64,000 bases of DNA, from contig JBAZQY010000002.1 of NCBI GenBank assembly GCA_041663185.1, positions 10,629 through 74,628 of the forward strand. Reading direction: 5' to 3'. The notes under the pieces are model-generated. The model was not told where the DNA came from and did no database searches. It saw only the letters and a list, made by a program, of their open reading frames with translations. Source of the DNA: Minisyncoccota bacterium (GTDB lineage Bacteria; Patescibacteriota; Minisyncoccia; Phycocordibacterales; UBA9973). Shown one piece after another: positions 27,557-35,892 of this stretch (its first letter is position 1; each line of letters begins with the position of its first letter). Position numbers and translations under genes: made by a program.

Positions 27557-28902
27557 ATTACTTTCCCAAAAAAACTTTTCCTGGTTTAGCCTTAATATTT
27601 ATAGGGATATTGGTGTTACCAGTCTTTTTCTTTGCTGAATCTGCTATAAATTTAGATGGCCCATCTCTTTTACCTAAGGCGGAAATTTTTACTACACCTC
27701 GCACTGGTGATTTTCTTGTGGGTTCAACATTTGAAGTTCCAATTTATATAAATACTCAAGGTCATAGTATAAATACAGTTAATATAAAATTAACTTTTGA
27801 CCCATCAAAATTATCAGTAGTAAAACCTTCGGGCGGGAAATCAATTTTTGGAATTTGGCTTGAACCGCCAAGTTATGATAACAAGAATGGCACAGCTAGT
27901 TTTGTTGGAGTTATTCCAAATGGTATTGTGACTAGTTCTGGGCTTATTGCTACGGTCACATTTAAAGCTCTCTCAACAGGAGACACTCGTATCAATTTAA
28001 ATAATTATTCTAGTGCCAATTTGAATGATGGAGTTGGTTCTAATGTTAAATTAAGTCTAATTGGGTCTTCATTTCACATCAGTCCTCGGACTCCAGAAGG
28101 GGTGCGTATTTATTCCGATACTCATCCATATGAAGATCATTGGTATAATAATAGTTCTCCTATTATAAAATGGGATTCTCCAGATGGAGTGAATGGTTTT
28201 AGTCTGCTAATGGATTTAAATCCGGGTAGTATTCCACCGACTGCTATTAATTCTCAGAATGCGTCAATTTTTTATGAAAATTTAAAAGACGGAGTGTGGT
28301 ACTTACATGTCCGAGCAAATATTAATGGTGTATGGGGCAACACTTCTCATTTTCAGATAAAGATAGATACAAATTCGCCAGCTTTTTTTGCCCCCACAAT
28401 AGATATCTTAAAGGATAGTTATAAATCAAAAAAATATTTAATTTCATTTATTACAACTGATTCATTATCCAGTATGAATCATTACGAAATTGGTGTTTTG
28501 AGTAAAGATGAAGAAAATATTTCTTCTCCGATTTTTGTTGAATCAGAAAGTCCATATTTAATTACAGACACAAGTGACAATACCCATGTCATTGTGAGAG
28601 CATACGACAATGCTGGAAATATCAGAGAAGCCTCTATTGATCTTTACCCTGGAGTGACTTTTGTGATGGCTTTGAAAAAATACGCTCTATATTTATTTAT
28701 GATTTTGACCTTCATCCTTTTGTTGGAACTCATCTTACATTATTTATTTGGTCATCATATTGTTGATCATTTAAAAAAGATGTTTTTAATTTTCAAAAAG
28801 ATTTCCAAGGATGATAAAAATTATAAAGAAATAGAAAATGAATTAAATAAACTCGACAGTTCTGATAATTTTCAAACTCAAAATAATGAAAAAAACCTTT
28901 AA
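27553..28902 (+). CDS. membrane-anchored cohesin-domain protein 3 with extra Ig/fibronectin-like region
   Basis: Signal peptide, cohesin-like segment (STFEVPIYINTQGHSINTVNIKLTFDPSKLSVVKPSGG...), C-terminal TM (LYLFMILTFILLLELIL). Confidence 0.55.
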   Translation: MNYFPKKTFPGLALIFIGILVLPVFFFAESAINLDGPSLLPKAEIFTTPRTGDFLVGSTFEVPIYINTQGHSINTVNIKLTFDPSKLSVVKPSGGKSIFGIWLEPPSYDNKNGTASFVGVIPNGIVTSSGLIATVTFKALSTGDTRINLNNYSSANLNDGVGSNVKLSLIGSSFHISPRTPEGVRIYSDTHPYEDHWYNNSSPIIKWDSPDGVNGFSLLMDLNPGSIPPTAINSQNASIFYENLKDGVWYLHVRANINGVWGNTSHFQIKIDTNSPAFFAPTIDILKDSYKSKKYLISFITTDSLSSMNHYEIGVLSKDEENISSPIFVESESPYLITDTSDNTHVIVRAYDNAGNIREASIDLYPGVTFVMALKKYALYLFMILTFILLLELILHYLFGHHIVDHLKKMFLIFKKISKDDKNYKEIENELNKLDSSDNFQTQNNEKNL

Positions 28903-28941
28903 AATAAAGGGTTTTAGCCCCTTTATTTAAGTCTAAAATTC

Positions 28942-28950
28942 TGATATAAT
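28942..28950 (+). promoter_or_regulatory. extended -10 element TGATATAAT upstream of gyrB
   Basis: TGnTATAAT match 45 nt upstream of the gyrB ATG. Confidence 0.3.
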
Positions 28951-28994
28951 AAGATCATAAATCGCCCGTTTTTAGGGTGTTTTAGATTTAAAAA

Positions 28995-31091
28995 ATGGCT
29001 AAAAAAGAAGAAAAAAAGACAATAAAATATGGAGCCGATCAAATATCTGTTCTTGAGGGGCTTGAGCCAGTTAGACGACGCCCAGGAATGTATATTGGTT
29101 CAACCGGGATTGAAGGACTTCATCATTTGATTTGGGAAATTTTCGACAATTCTCGAGATGAGGCGATGGGTGGCTTTTGTGATCACATCGAAGTAGTTCT
29201 CTTGCCGGATAATTCTATTCGAGTTACTGATAATGGGCGTGGTATACCAGTTGACATTCATCCTAAAACAAAAGTCTCTGCTCTTGAGACGGTTATGACA
29301 ACACTTCACGCTGGGGGAAAATTTGGAGGTGACGATAGTGGTTATAAAGTCTCTGGTGGGTTACATGGAGTTGGAGCTTCAGTTGTCAATGCACTATCTA
29401 TTTTTACTCGAGCGGAAGTTCATCGTGATGGAGGGAAATACACACAAGAATATAGTCAGGGTAAACGCAAGGCTCAAGTTAAAAAAGTCAGTGCTTCTAA
29501 GAATCACGGGACGATTATTTCCTTTAAGCCCGATGAAGAAATATTTAAACAAATTAAGTTTGATTTAGAAACAGTTGCTAATCATTTACGCCAGCAGGCT
29601 TACTTAGTTAAAGGTTTACGGATAGATATTTTAGATGCCAGAGAATGGGACCCTCTTTCTGGTGGAAAGGGTAAAAAAGATTTTGATGATATTTTTTGGT
29701 TTAGAGAACTTGAACTTGAAATTCCATCAACAACTTTTTATTTTGAAGGAGGATTAGTTTCTCTTGTGAAATTTTATAATAAAACGGAAAAACCAATTCA
29801 TTCGACTGTATTTTATGTTGAAAAAGAAATAGATAAAGTTGGAGTCGAAGTGGCTTTACAGTATGTTGATGATATTAATTACGACATAATTCCTTTTGCT
29901 AATAATATTTATAATAATGAGGGTGGAACACATGTGACTGGTTTCAAAACCGCTCTGACTCGCGTCTTAAATACTTATGGCAAGAAAAATAATTTAATTA
30001 AAGAATCCGACGGGGGATTAACTGGCGACGATGTACTTGAAGGATTAACAGCAGTTATTTCGGTTAAACTCATGGAGATTCAGTTTGAAGGGCAGACGAA
30101 AGCCAAGCTTGGTTCAACTGAAGCCCAGGGTGCCGTAGCCACAGTCTTTGGTGATGCTTTCTCGGCCTTTTTAGAAGAAAATCCAGATGAAGCTAAGTCT
30201 ATCATAAGTAAATCTTTGCTTGCTCTTCGAGCCCGTAAAGCTGCCAAAGCTGCCAAAGATTCAGTTCTTCGAAAAGGAGCACTTGAAGGGATGACCCTTC
30301 CAGGAAAGCTTGCTGATTGTCAGGTTAAAGATGCATCTTCTGCAGAATTATTTATTGTGGAGGGAGATTCGGCTGGTGGTACTGCAAAAATGGGGCGAGA
30401 TAGGAAAACTCAAGCCATACTTCCACTTCGAGGAAAAATTTTAAACGTTGAAAGAGCCCGTCTGGATAGAATGCTCGGAAGTGAACAGATTAAGAATCTT
30501 GTTATTGCGATGGGAACTTCTATTGGAGATACTTTTGATTTGGAAAAAATGCGTTATCATAAAATAATTATTGCCACCGATGCCGATGTCGATGGAGCAC
30601 ATATTCGCACTCTTATTTTGACTTTAATGTATAGATATTTCCGACCTGTGCTTGATGCTGGGTATGTCTATATCGCACAACCACCACTTTTCAAAATTAA
30701 GCGTGGTAAAGAAATAATGTACGCTTATTCAGACGAAGAGCGTGATAAATTACTTGGGAAAGATGCAGAATCACTTGAAGAATTATTACAAGAATCTGCA
30801 AATGAATCTACTGATGTTGAAAGTTCTGATGAGACGACGGAAGAAGAAGAAACAAAAAATAAGAAAGCCTCAACCAAAATTCACGTTCAGAGATATAAAG
30901 GTTTGGGAGAAATGAACTCAGAAGAACTTTGGGAGACAACGATGGATCCTTCTAAACGAGTTTTAAAACAAGTTGCAGTTTCTGATGCCGAAGGAGCAAA
31001 TAAAGTATTTGATATGTTGATGGGTAGTGAAGTTCCTCCAAGAAAAACGTTCATCCAATCCAACGCCAAAATGGCCAATTTGGATATATAA
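28995..31091 (+). CDS. gyrB: DNA gyrase subunit B
   Basis: GHKL ATPase motifs (HAGGKFGG, GLHGVGASVVNALS). TOPRIM (LVEGDSAGG, IATDADVDGAHIRTL). C-terminal acidic insertion. Confidence 0.9.
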   Translation: MAKKEEKKTIKYGADQISVLEGLEPVRRRPGMYIGSTGIEGLHHLIWEIFDNSRDEAMGGFCDHIEVVLLPDNSIRVTDNGRGIPVDIHPKTKVSALETVMTTLHAGGKFGGDDSGYKVSGGLHGVGASVVNALSIFTRAEVHRDGGKYTQEYSQGKRKAQVKKVSASKNHGTIISFKPDEEIFKQIKFDLETVANHLRQQAYLVKGLRIDILDAREWDPLSGGKGKKDFDDIFWFRELELEIPSTTFYFEGGLVSLVKFYNKTEKPIHSTVFYVEKEIDKVGVEVALQYVDDINYDIIPFANNIYNNEGGTHVTGFKTALTRVLNTYGKKNNLIKESDGGLTGDDVLEGLTAVISVKLMEIQFEGQTKAKLGSTEAQGAVATVFGDAFSAFLEENPDEAKSIISKSLLALRARKAAKAAKDSVLRKGALEGMTLPGKLADCQVKDASSAELFIVEGDSAGGTAKMGRDRKTQAILPLRGKILNVERARLDRMLGSEQIKNLVIAMGTSIGDTFDLEKMRYHKIIIATDADVDGAHIRTLILTLMYRYFRPVLDAGYVYIAQPPLFKIKRGKEIMYAYSDEERDKLLGKDAESLEELLQESANESTDVESSDETTEEEETKNKKASTKIHVQRYKGLGEMNSEELWETTMDPSKRVLKQVAVSDAEGANKVFDMLMGSEVPPRKTFIQSNAKMANLDI

Positions 31092-31121
31092 AATTTAGAT
31101 AAAAACTTGCAAAAAGTTGTT

Positions 31122-31151
31122 CCAATATACAAACGGTCGTTCATATATTGG
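31122..31151. promoter_or_regulatory. imperfect copy (25/28) of a 28-bp palindromic motif, CAATATA-C-AAACGG-TCGTTC-A-TATATTG, upstream of the PaaX-like gene
   Basis: Read directly and compared with the perfect downstream copy at 31780..31807. Confidence 0.5.
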
Positions 31152-31182
31152 AAAAATAATAATTTTAATATACAATATAAAT

Positions 31183-31734
31183 ATGAGTCCTAAATATTAT
31201 AAAGGATATAAGGTAGGATCTTTAGAAAAAGGATTACTTAAACTTATTTTGAATGTTAAAAATTGTGAATTACCAAACAAATATGATGAATCTTTCTCAG
31301 ATATTTTTAAAACAATTCGTCAAAAGATGGAGTATTCTAATACAACAAAAAGAATGATCAAAAAAGGTCTTCTAAGATATACAAATAAAAATGAAAATTT
31401 AGGTATTGTTTTGACTAACAAAGGAAAAGATTTGGCACGAAAATATTTATTAGAAGATATAAAACTAACTGAAAATCATAATTGGGATAACAAATGGAGA
31501 ATTGTAATGTTTGATATTCCTGAAAAAAAGAAAAAAATAAGAAACACCATAAGATTTCATCTAAAAAGAATAGGTTTTGTTCAAATACAGGGGAGTGTTT
31601 GGATATTTCCATATCCGTGTGAAGAGATAATAACTATCATAAAAAACAATTTTAATTTAGAAGATGAAATAATATATATTACTACAGAACAATTTGAAAA
31701 AGATTATCGATTAAAGAAAATATTTAGAATTTGA
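31183..31734 (+). CDS. PaaX-like transcriptional regulator (wHTH plus Cas2-fold C-terminal domain)
   Basis: WDNKWRIVMFDIPEKKKKIRNTIRFHLKRIGFVQIQGSVWIFP matches the PaaX_C / Cas2-like W..W.lv.yDiPe...R..lr..L...Gf..lq.SVW..p pattern. Start moved to ATG 31183, behind the palindrome. Confidence 0.5.
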   Translation: MSPKYYKGYKVGSLEKGLLKLILNVKNCELPNKYDESFSDIFKTIRQKMEYSNTTKRMIKKGLLRYTNKNENLGIVLTNKGKDLARKYLLEDIKLTENHNWDNKWRIVMFDIPEKKKKIRNTIRFHLKRIGFVQIQGSVWIFPYPCEEIITIIKNNFNLEDEIIYITTEQFEKDYRLKKIFRI

Positions 31735-31779
31735 AATAAGTTATGAATTAACTAATTATTGTTTTATAAATAATAGTTA

Positions 31780-31807
31780 CAATATATAAACGGCCGTTTA
31801 TATATTG
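31780..31807. promoter_or_regulatory. perfect 28-bp palindrome CAATATATAAACGG|CCGTTTATATATTG downstream of the PaaX-like gene
   Basis: Read directly. Confidence 0.55.
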
Positions 31808-31831
31808 TAATAAATTAAAGAAAATCAAGAA

Positions 31832-32066
31832 CTATTTTTCTCCTTTTAAAATTATTCTTTTCTCAAATCCACCCTTTCCCTTCAACTTCTTTAATTGAGT
31901 TTTTTCAACATCGCTAAATTTTGGCAATTTCTTCAAGGTCTCAATAACTTCCAATATATCAGCTAATTCTTCAATATTTTTGGCCTCTATAAATTCTTTT
32001 ATTTCTTCATCTAGTTTTTTGATTAATTCCTTTTTATATTTTTCATCATTCGCTATTTTTTTTCAT
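31832..32066 (-). pseudogene. 77-codon open frame downstream of thrS, separated from a potential ATG by one extra base in an A8 homopolymer; all-alpha MazG-like small protein?
   Basis: Minus-strand ATG at 32066..32064 is followed by A8 and an in-frame TGA. The +1 frame is open for 77 codons (KKIANDEKYKKELIKKLDEEIKEFIEAKNIEELADILEVIETLKK...GGFEKRIILKGEK), with an EELADIL segment like the EExGDvL of MazG-type NTP pyrophosphohydrolases. Confidence 0.25.
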
Positions 32067-32134
32067 AAGAAATACCTTTAGAATCTAAATATTCTGGTAT
32101 TTTATCTCTAACTAATTTGTTATATTTTTACATC

Positions 32135-33892
32135 TTAATTTAATGTTTTTTCTGAAATTTCTTTTTTGAGTTTTTCTAGAAATTTTTCTATTTTGATATT
32201 TTCTAGTTTTTCAGTTCGCCCTTCAACGGTAATAGTATTACTCTCTTTTTCTTTATCACCGATAACTATTATGTAAGGTGTTTTTTGCATTTTGGCGTTG
32301 CGGATTTTTTTACCAAGAGATTCACTTGAATCATCCAGTTCTACTCTAATATTTTCTTCTTTTAATTTATTTAATATAACGCCAGCATATTCATTTTGTT
32401 TTTCACTAATAGGAGTAATGATAACTTGGACAGGGGAAAGCCAAAGGGGAAATGCTCCAGCGTATTGCTCTATCATAAAAGCGAAAGTTCTCTCTAAACA
32501 TCCTATTGCTGAGCGATGAATCATAACAGGTCTTTTCTTAGATCCATCTTCAGCAGTGTATTCAATATTAAATTTTTCCGGAAGAAGAAAATCAATTTGA
32601 GCAGTAAAAATGGTGTCTTCTTTTCCGTTTACATTTTTTATTTGGATATCTAATTTTGGCCCATAAAAAGCTGCTTCACCTTCTGCTTCCTCATAAACAA
32701 GGTTTATTTCATTTAGAGCTTCACTCATAAGTTTTTCAGCTTTTTCCCATAGATTATCATCTGCATAATATTTTTCTTTATCTTTTGGATCTCTTTTGGA
32801 AAATCGATAAGAGATAACTTCACTGAGTCCCAGGCCAATCATTCCTTCTTGAATCATTTTACAAACTTTTTTAAACTCATCTTTTAATTGTTCAGGAGTC
32901 ACAAAAAGATGTCCGTCAGTTAATTGGAATTTTCTAACCCGGATCATTCCCATTAATTCTCCTGATTTTTCATATCTATTATAGTCTGCAATTTCAGCAT
33001 ATCTGATTGGTAAATCTTTATAACTAATTGGCTTACGCATTACCATTTTAATATGATGTGGACAAGCCATCGGCCTAAGATAAAAAAGATCTCCATCCAT
33101 ATCTATCGGTGCATACATATTTTGTTTGAAATGAGAAAGATGCCCAGATGTTTGATAGAGTTTTTCTCCTCCTAAATATGGAGTTGAAACATGTTCATAC
33201 CCATATTTTATTTCAAGATCTCTCGTAAATTTTTCTAATTCATATTTAATTACTGTTCCTTTTGGTGTCCAAAGAGGAAGTCCTTTTCCAACTTCTTCAT
33301 CTATAAAGAAGAGATCTAGTTCTTTTCCAAGTTTTTTGTGGTCGCGATTTTTTGCCTCCTCTCGCATTTTTACATAATTATCAAGTTCTTCTTTTGTATC
33401 AAATGCTAATCCATAAATACGAGTAAGCATTTTATTTAATTCACTCCCTCGCCAGTAGGCGCCGGCCACTCGGTCAAGCTTAAATGAATCCACTTTTATT
33501 TCTTTTGCTGGATGCTCTACGTGTCCGCCACGGCAAAGATCTGTAAAATCACCACAGGTATAAAGAGTTATCTTTTCACCCCTTGAAACAATATCATCGA
33601 TTAGTTCTAACTTATACGTATTACCATTAAAATATTTTCTTGCTTCCTCAACACTTGCTTCTTTATGAGTAAATTCTTTCCATGAAGAAAGGTTTTTCTT
33701 CATGGTTTTTTCTAAGATTGCTAAATTTTCATCATTTATCTTATCTTCACCGAAATCGATGTCGTAATAAAAACCATTGTCTACCGCAGGACCTAGGGTT
33801 AATTGAGCCTTTGGATAGTGTTCCAGTGCTGATTGGGCTAAAAGATGAGCTAAGGTGTGTCGAATATTTGCTAAATGTTCGTTGTTTTCCAT
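32135..33892 (-). CDS. thrS: threonine--tRNA ligase (short form lacking N-terminal TGS region)
   Basis: Class II motifs. Zn-binding/catalytic region. C-terminal anticodon-binding domain (HRSAIGCLERTFAFMIEQYAGAFPLWLSPVQV). Confidence 0.9.
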   Translation of the reverse strand: MENNEHLANIRHTLAHLLAQSALEHYPKAQLTLGPAVDNGFYYDIDFGEDKINDENLAILEKTMKKNLSSWKEFTHKEASVEEARKYFNGNTYKLELIDDIVSRGEKITLYTCGDFTDLCRGGHVEHPAKEIKVDSFKLDRVAGAYWRGSELNKMLTRIYGLAFDTKEELDNYVKMREEAKNRDHKKLGKELDLFFIDEEVGKGLPLWTPKGTVIKYELEKFTRDLEIKYGYEHVSTPYLGGEKLYQTSGHLSHFKQNMYAPIDMDGDLFYLRPMACPHHIKMVMRKPISYKDLPIRYAEIADYNRYEKSGELMGMIRVRKFQLTDGHLFVTPEQLKDEFKKVCKMIQEGMIGLGLSEVISYRFSKRDPKDKEKYYADDNLWEKAEKLMSEALNEINLVYEEAEGEAAFYGPKLDIQIKNVNGKEDTIFTAQIDFLLPEKFNIEYTAEDGSKKRPVMIHRSAIGCLERTFAFMIEQYAGAFPLWLSPVQVIITPISEKQNEYAGVILNKLKEENIRVELDDSSESLGKKIRNAKMQKTPYIIVIGDKEKESNTITVEGRTEKLENIKIEKFLEKLKKEISEKTLN

Positions 33893-33982
33893 TTAAACAT
33901 CATATCATATTTATTGGAGGATAAAAATACTGTCTTTGGGATAATTATTTGCATTTTAACGGAAAATAGCTATACTATCTAT

Positions 33983-34198
33983 ATGGTAATACGAATGAGA
34001 CATACTCGTTCCCACACAGGGAACAGGAGATCACATCATGCTCTTAAAGCATCGGTTTTTACTACATGTACAAATTGTGGACAGAAAAAGGAAACCCATA
34101 TAATTTGTAAACACTGTGGTTTTTATCGTGGCCGTAAGGTTATTGATGTGGTTAAGAAAGTAGAGAAGAAACAGGCTAAAAAAAGTAGCAAGAAGTAA
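33983..34198 (+). CDS. rpmF: 50S ribosomal protein L32
   Basis: RHTRSHTGNRRSHHAL...CTNCGQKKETHIICKHCGFYRGRKV matches the L32 RRSH motif and Zn-ribbon Cys pairs. Start trimmed from the listed ORF (alternative ATG at 33995). Confidence 0.75.
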   Translation: MVIRMRHTRSHTGNRRSHHALKASVFTTCTNCGQKKETHIICKHCGFYRGRKVIDVVKKVEKKQAKKSSKK

Positions 34199-34288
34199 GT
34201 AGTAGATAGTAAGGAATAAGTAGTAATATTATAAATTAGATTTGAATTGCTTACTACTTTCTACGTGCTACTTACTACGTAATTATTT

Positions 34289-35194
34289 ATGGCAAACAGG
34301 CACCTTTCACGTTCAATTGTTCTTCAAACACTCTTCGAGTGGGATTTTGCTGTTAATAAAGATTCATCTCCAGAAGAAATGCTTGAACGAAATATCGAGG
34401 AATTTGGACCTGGTCTTGATGACTCGGATTTTATGTCTGAGCTCTTTCTTGGCGTAGTAAAAAAGAGAACCATTATAGATGAAGTAATTGAAAAAGCGGC
34501 TCCTGATTGGCCAATAGATAAAATATCTATTGTTGACCGTAATATTCTTCGTATTGGTTTATATGAACTTTTATTTGGGGATAGAACTCAAGTTCCACCC
34601 AAAGTAGCTATTAACGAAGCGATTGAACTCGCCAAAAGTTTTGGCGGAGAGAATTCTGGAAAATTTATCAATGGAGTCTTGGGTGGCGTTTATAAAGAAA
34701 TAGGTGAACCTGGAAAAGATGATATCGGCAAAAAAAAGAATAAACATTTTGAAACCGATCCAGCTAAATTTCCAATTGAGAAAAAAGCCGGAGCTGTTGT
34801 TTATGCTTACAATAATAATGAAATATATTTTGCGTTCGTCCACGATGTTTTTGGTTACTGGACACTTTCAAAAGGAAGTATAGAAGAAGGCGAAAATGAA
34901 GAAGAAGGGGCAATTAGAGAGATAAAAGAAGAAATGGGTTTGGATATTAAAATAAAAGAATTACTTGGTCGCAATGAATATATTGCTTGTCATCCAGAAA
35001 AAGGGAAAATTAGAAAACAGGTAGTCTTTTTCTTGGCAGAGTCAGACTATACAGATATTGTTCTTGAGAAAGGCACTGGGGGGCTTGATGATGCGCGCTG
35101 GTTCCCACTAGGGGAGATTCCTAATTTGAAGATATATGAAAATATGGTTCCACTTTTAACCAAAGCGATAGAAATTCTTACAAAAAATAATTAA
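34289..35194 (+). CDS. nusB: transcription antitermination factor NusB fused to a C-terminal NUDIX hydrolase domain
   Basis: N-terminal NusB fold (MANRHLSRSIVLQTLFEWDF...ILRIGLYELLF). C-terminal NUDIX box GYWTLSKGSIEEGENEEEGAIREIKEEMGL (Gx5Ex7REUxEExGU). Confidence 0.7.
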   Translation: MANRHLSRSIVLQTLFEWDFAVNKDSSPEEMLERNIEEFGPGLDDSDFMSELFLGVVKKRTIIDEVIEKAAPDWPIDKISIVDRNILRIGLYELLFGDRTQVPPKVAINEAIELAKSFGGENSGKFINGVLGGVYKEIGEPGKDDIGKKKNKHFETDPAKFPIEKKAGAVVYAYNNNEIYFAFVHDVFGYWTLSKGSIEEGENEEEGAIREIKEEMGLDIKIKELLGRNEYIACHPEKGKIRKQVVFFLAESDYTDIVLEKGTGGLDDARWFPLGEIPNLKIYENMVPLLTKAIEILTKNN

Positions 35195-35195
35195 T

Positions 35196-35891
35196 ATGAT
35201 AGACTTTTCACAATTCGAAAAAAAAACAAATATTATTTTTAATAATAAAAAGTTGCTTGAGCAGGCTTTTATTCATCGTTCCTATATCAATGAGAATAAT
35301 GGATCAAAATTGTGTCACAATGAAAGATTAGAATTCTTGGGAGATGCGGTTTTGGAACTTGTGGTGACTGATTATTTATATAATAAATATCCTGATAAAG
35401 ATGAAGGAGAACTCACTGCCTATCGGTCTTCTTTGGTGAATGCGGTGATTATTGGTGAAGTTGCCTCGAATCTTGGAATGAATGAATATTTGCTTCTGTC
35501 AAAAGGTGAAGCGAAAGATGTCGGCAAAGCTCGAAGTTATATTTTAGCCAATACCTATGAGGCCTATGTTGGAGCTGTCTATTTAGATCAAGGCTATAAA
35601 ATAGTAGAAAAATTTATAGCTGATTCTTTATTTGGGAAAATAGACGAAATTGTTGCAAATAAATTATGGCGCGATTCAAAAAGTTTGGTTCAAGAAAAAT
35701 CTCAGGAGTATTTAAATGTTACACCTTCTTATAAAGTTTTACATGAGACCGGACCAGATCATGATAAGCATTTTACAATTGGCATATTTTTTGGAAGTGA
35801 TTTGATCGCGGAAGGAAAAGGTAAATCTAAACAGGAAGCTGAACAATCTGCCGCCCATAAGGCATTAGAAGTTAAAGAATGGTTGGATTAA
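35196..35891 (+). CDS. rnc: ribonuclease III
   Basis: ERLEFLGDAVLELVVTDYLY RNase III signature plus C-terminal dsRBD. Confidence 0.9.
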   Translation: MIDFSQFEKKTNIIFNNKKLLEQAFIHRSYINENNGSKLCHNERLEFLGDAVLELVVTDYLYNKYPDKDEGELTAYRSSLVNAVIIGEVASNLGMNEYLLLSKGEAKDVGKARSYILANTYEAYVGAVYLDQGYKIVEKFIADSLFGKIDEIVANKLWRDSKSLVQEKSQEYLNVTPSYKVLHETGPDHDKHFTIGIFFGSDLIAEGKGKSKQEAEQSAAHKALEVKEWLD

Positions 35892-35892
35892 A

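Noticed and set aside
31183-31734. Cas2 (CRISPR adaptation) call for the two proteins with the ..DIPE...QxSVW motif (also 62445..62936)
   Set aside because: No cas1, no other cas genes and no repeat-spacer array are in the window. The N-terminal wHTH plus WxxxW..DIPE architecture fits PaaX-family regulators that merely share the Cas2 fold.
34242-34457. 71-aa ORF overlapping the nusB start
   Set aside because: It is out of frame within the well-supported NusB-NUDIX gene and has no features.
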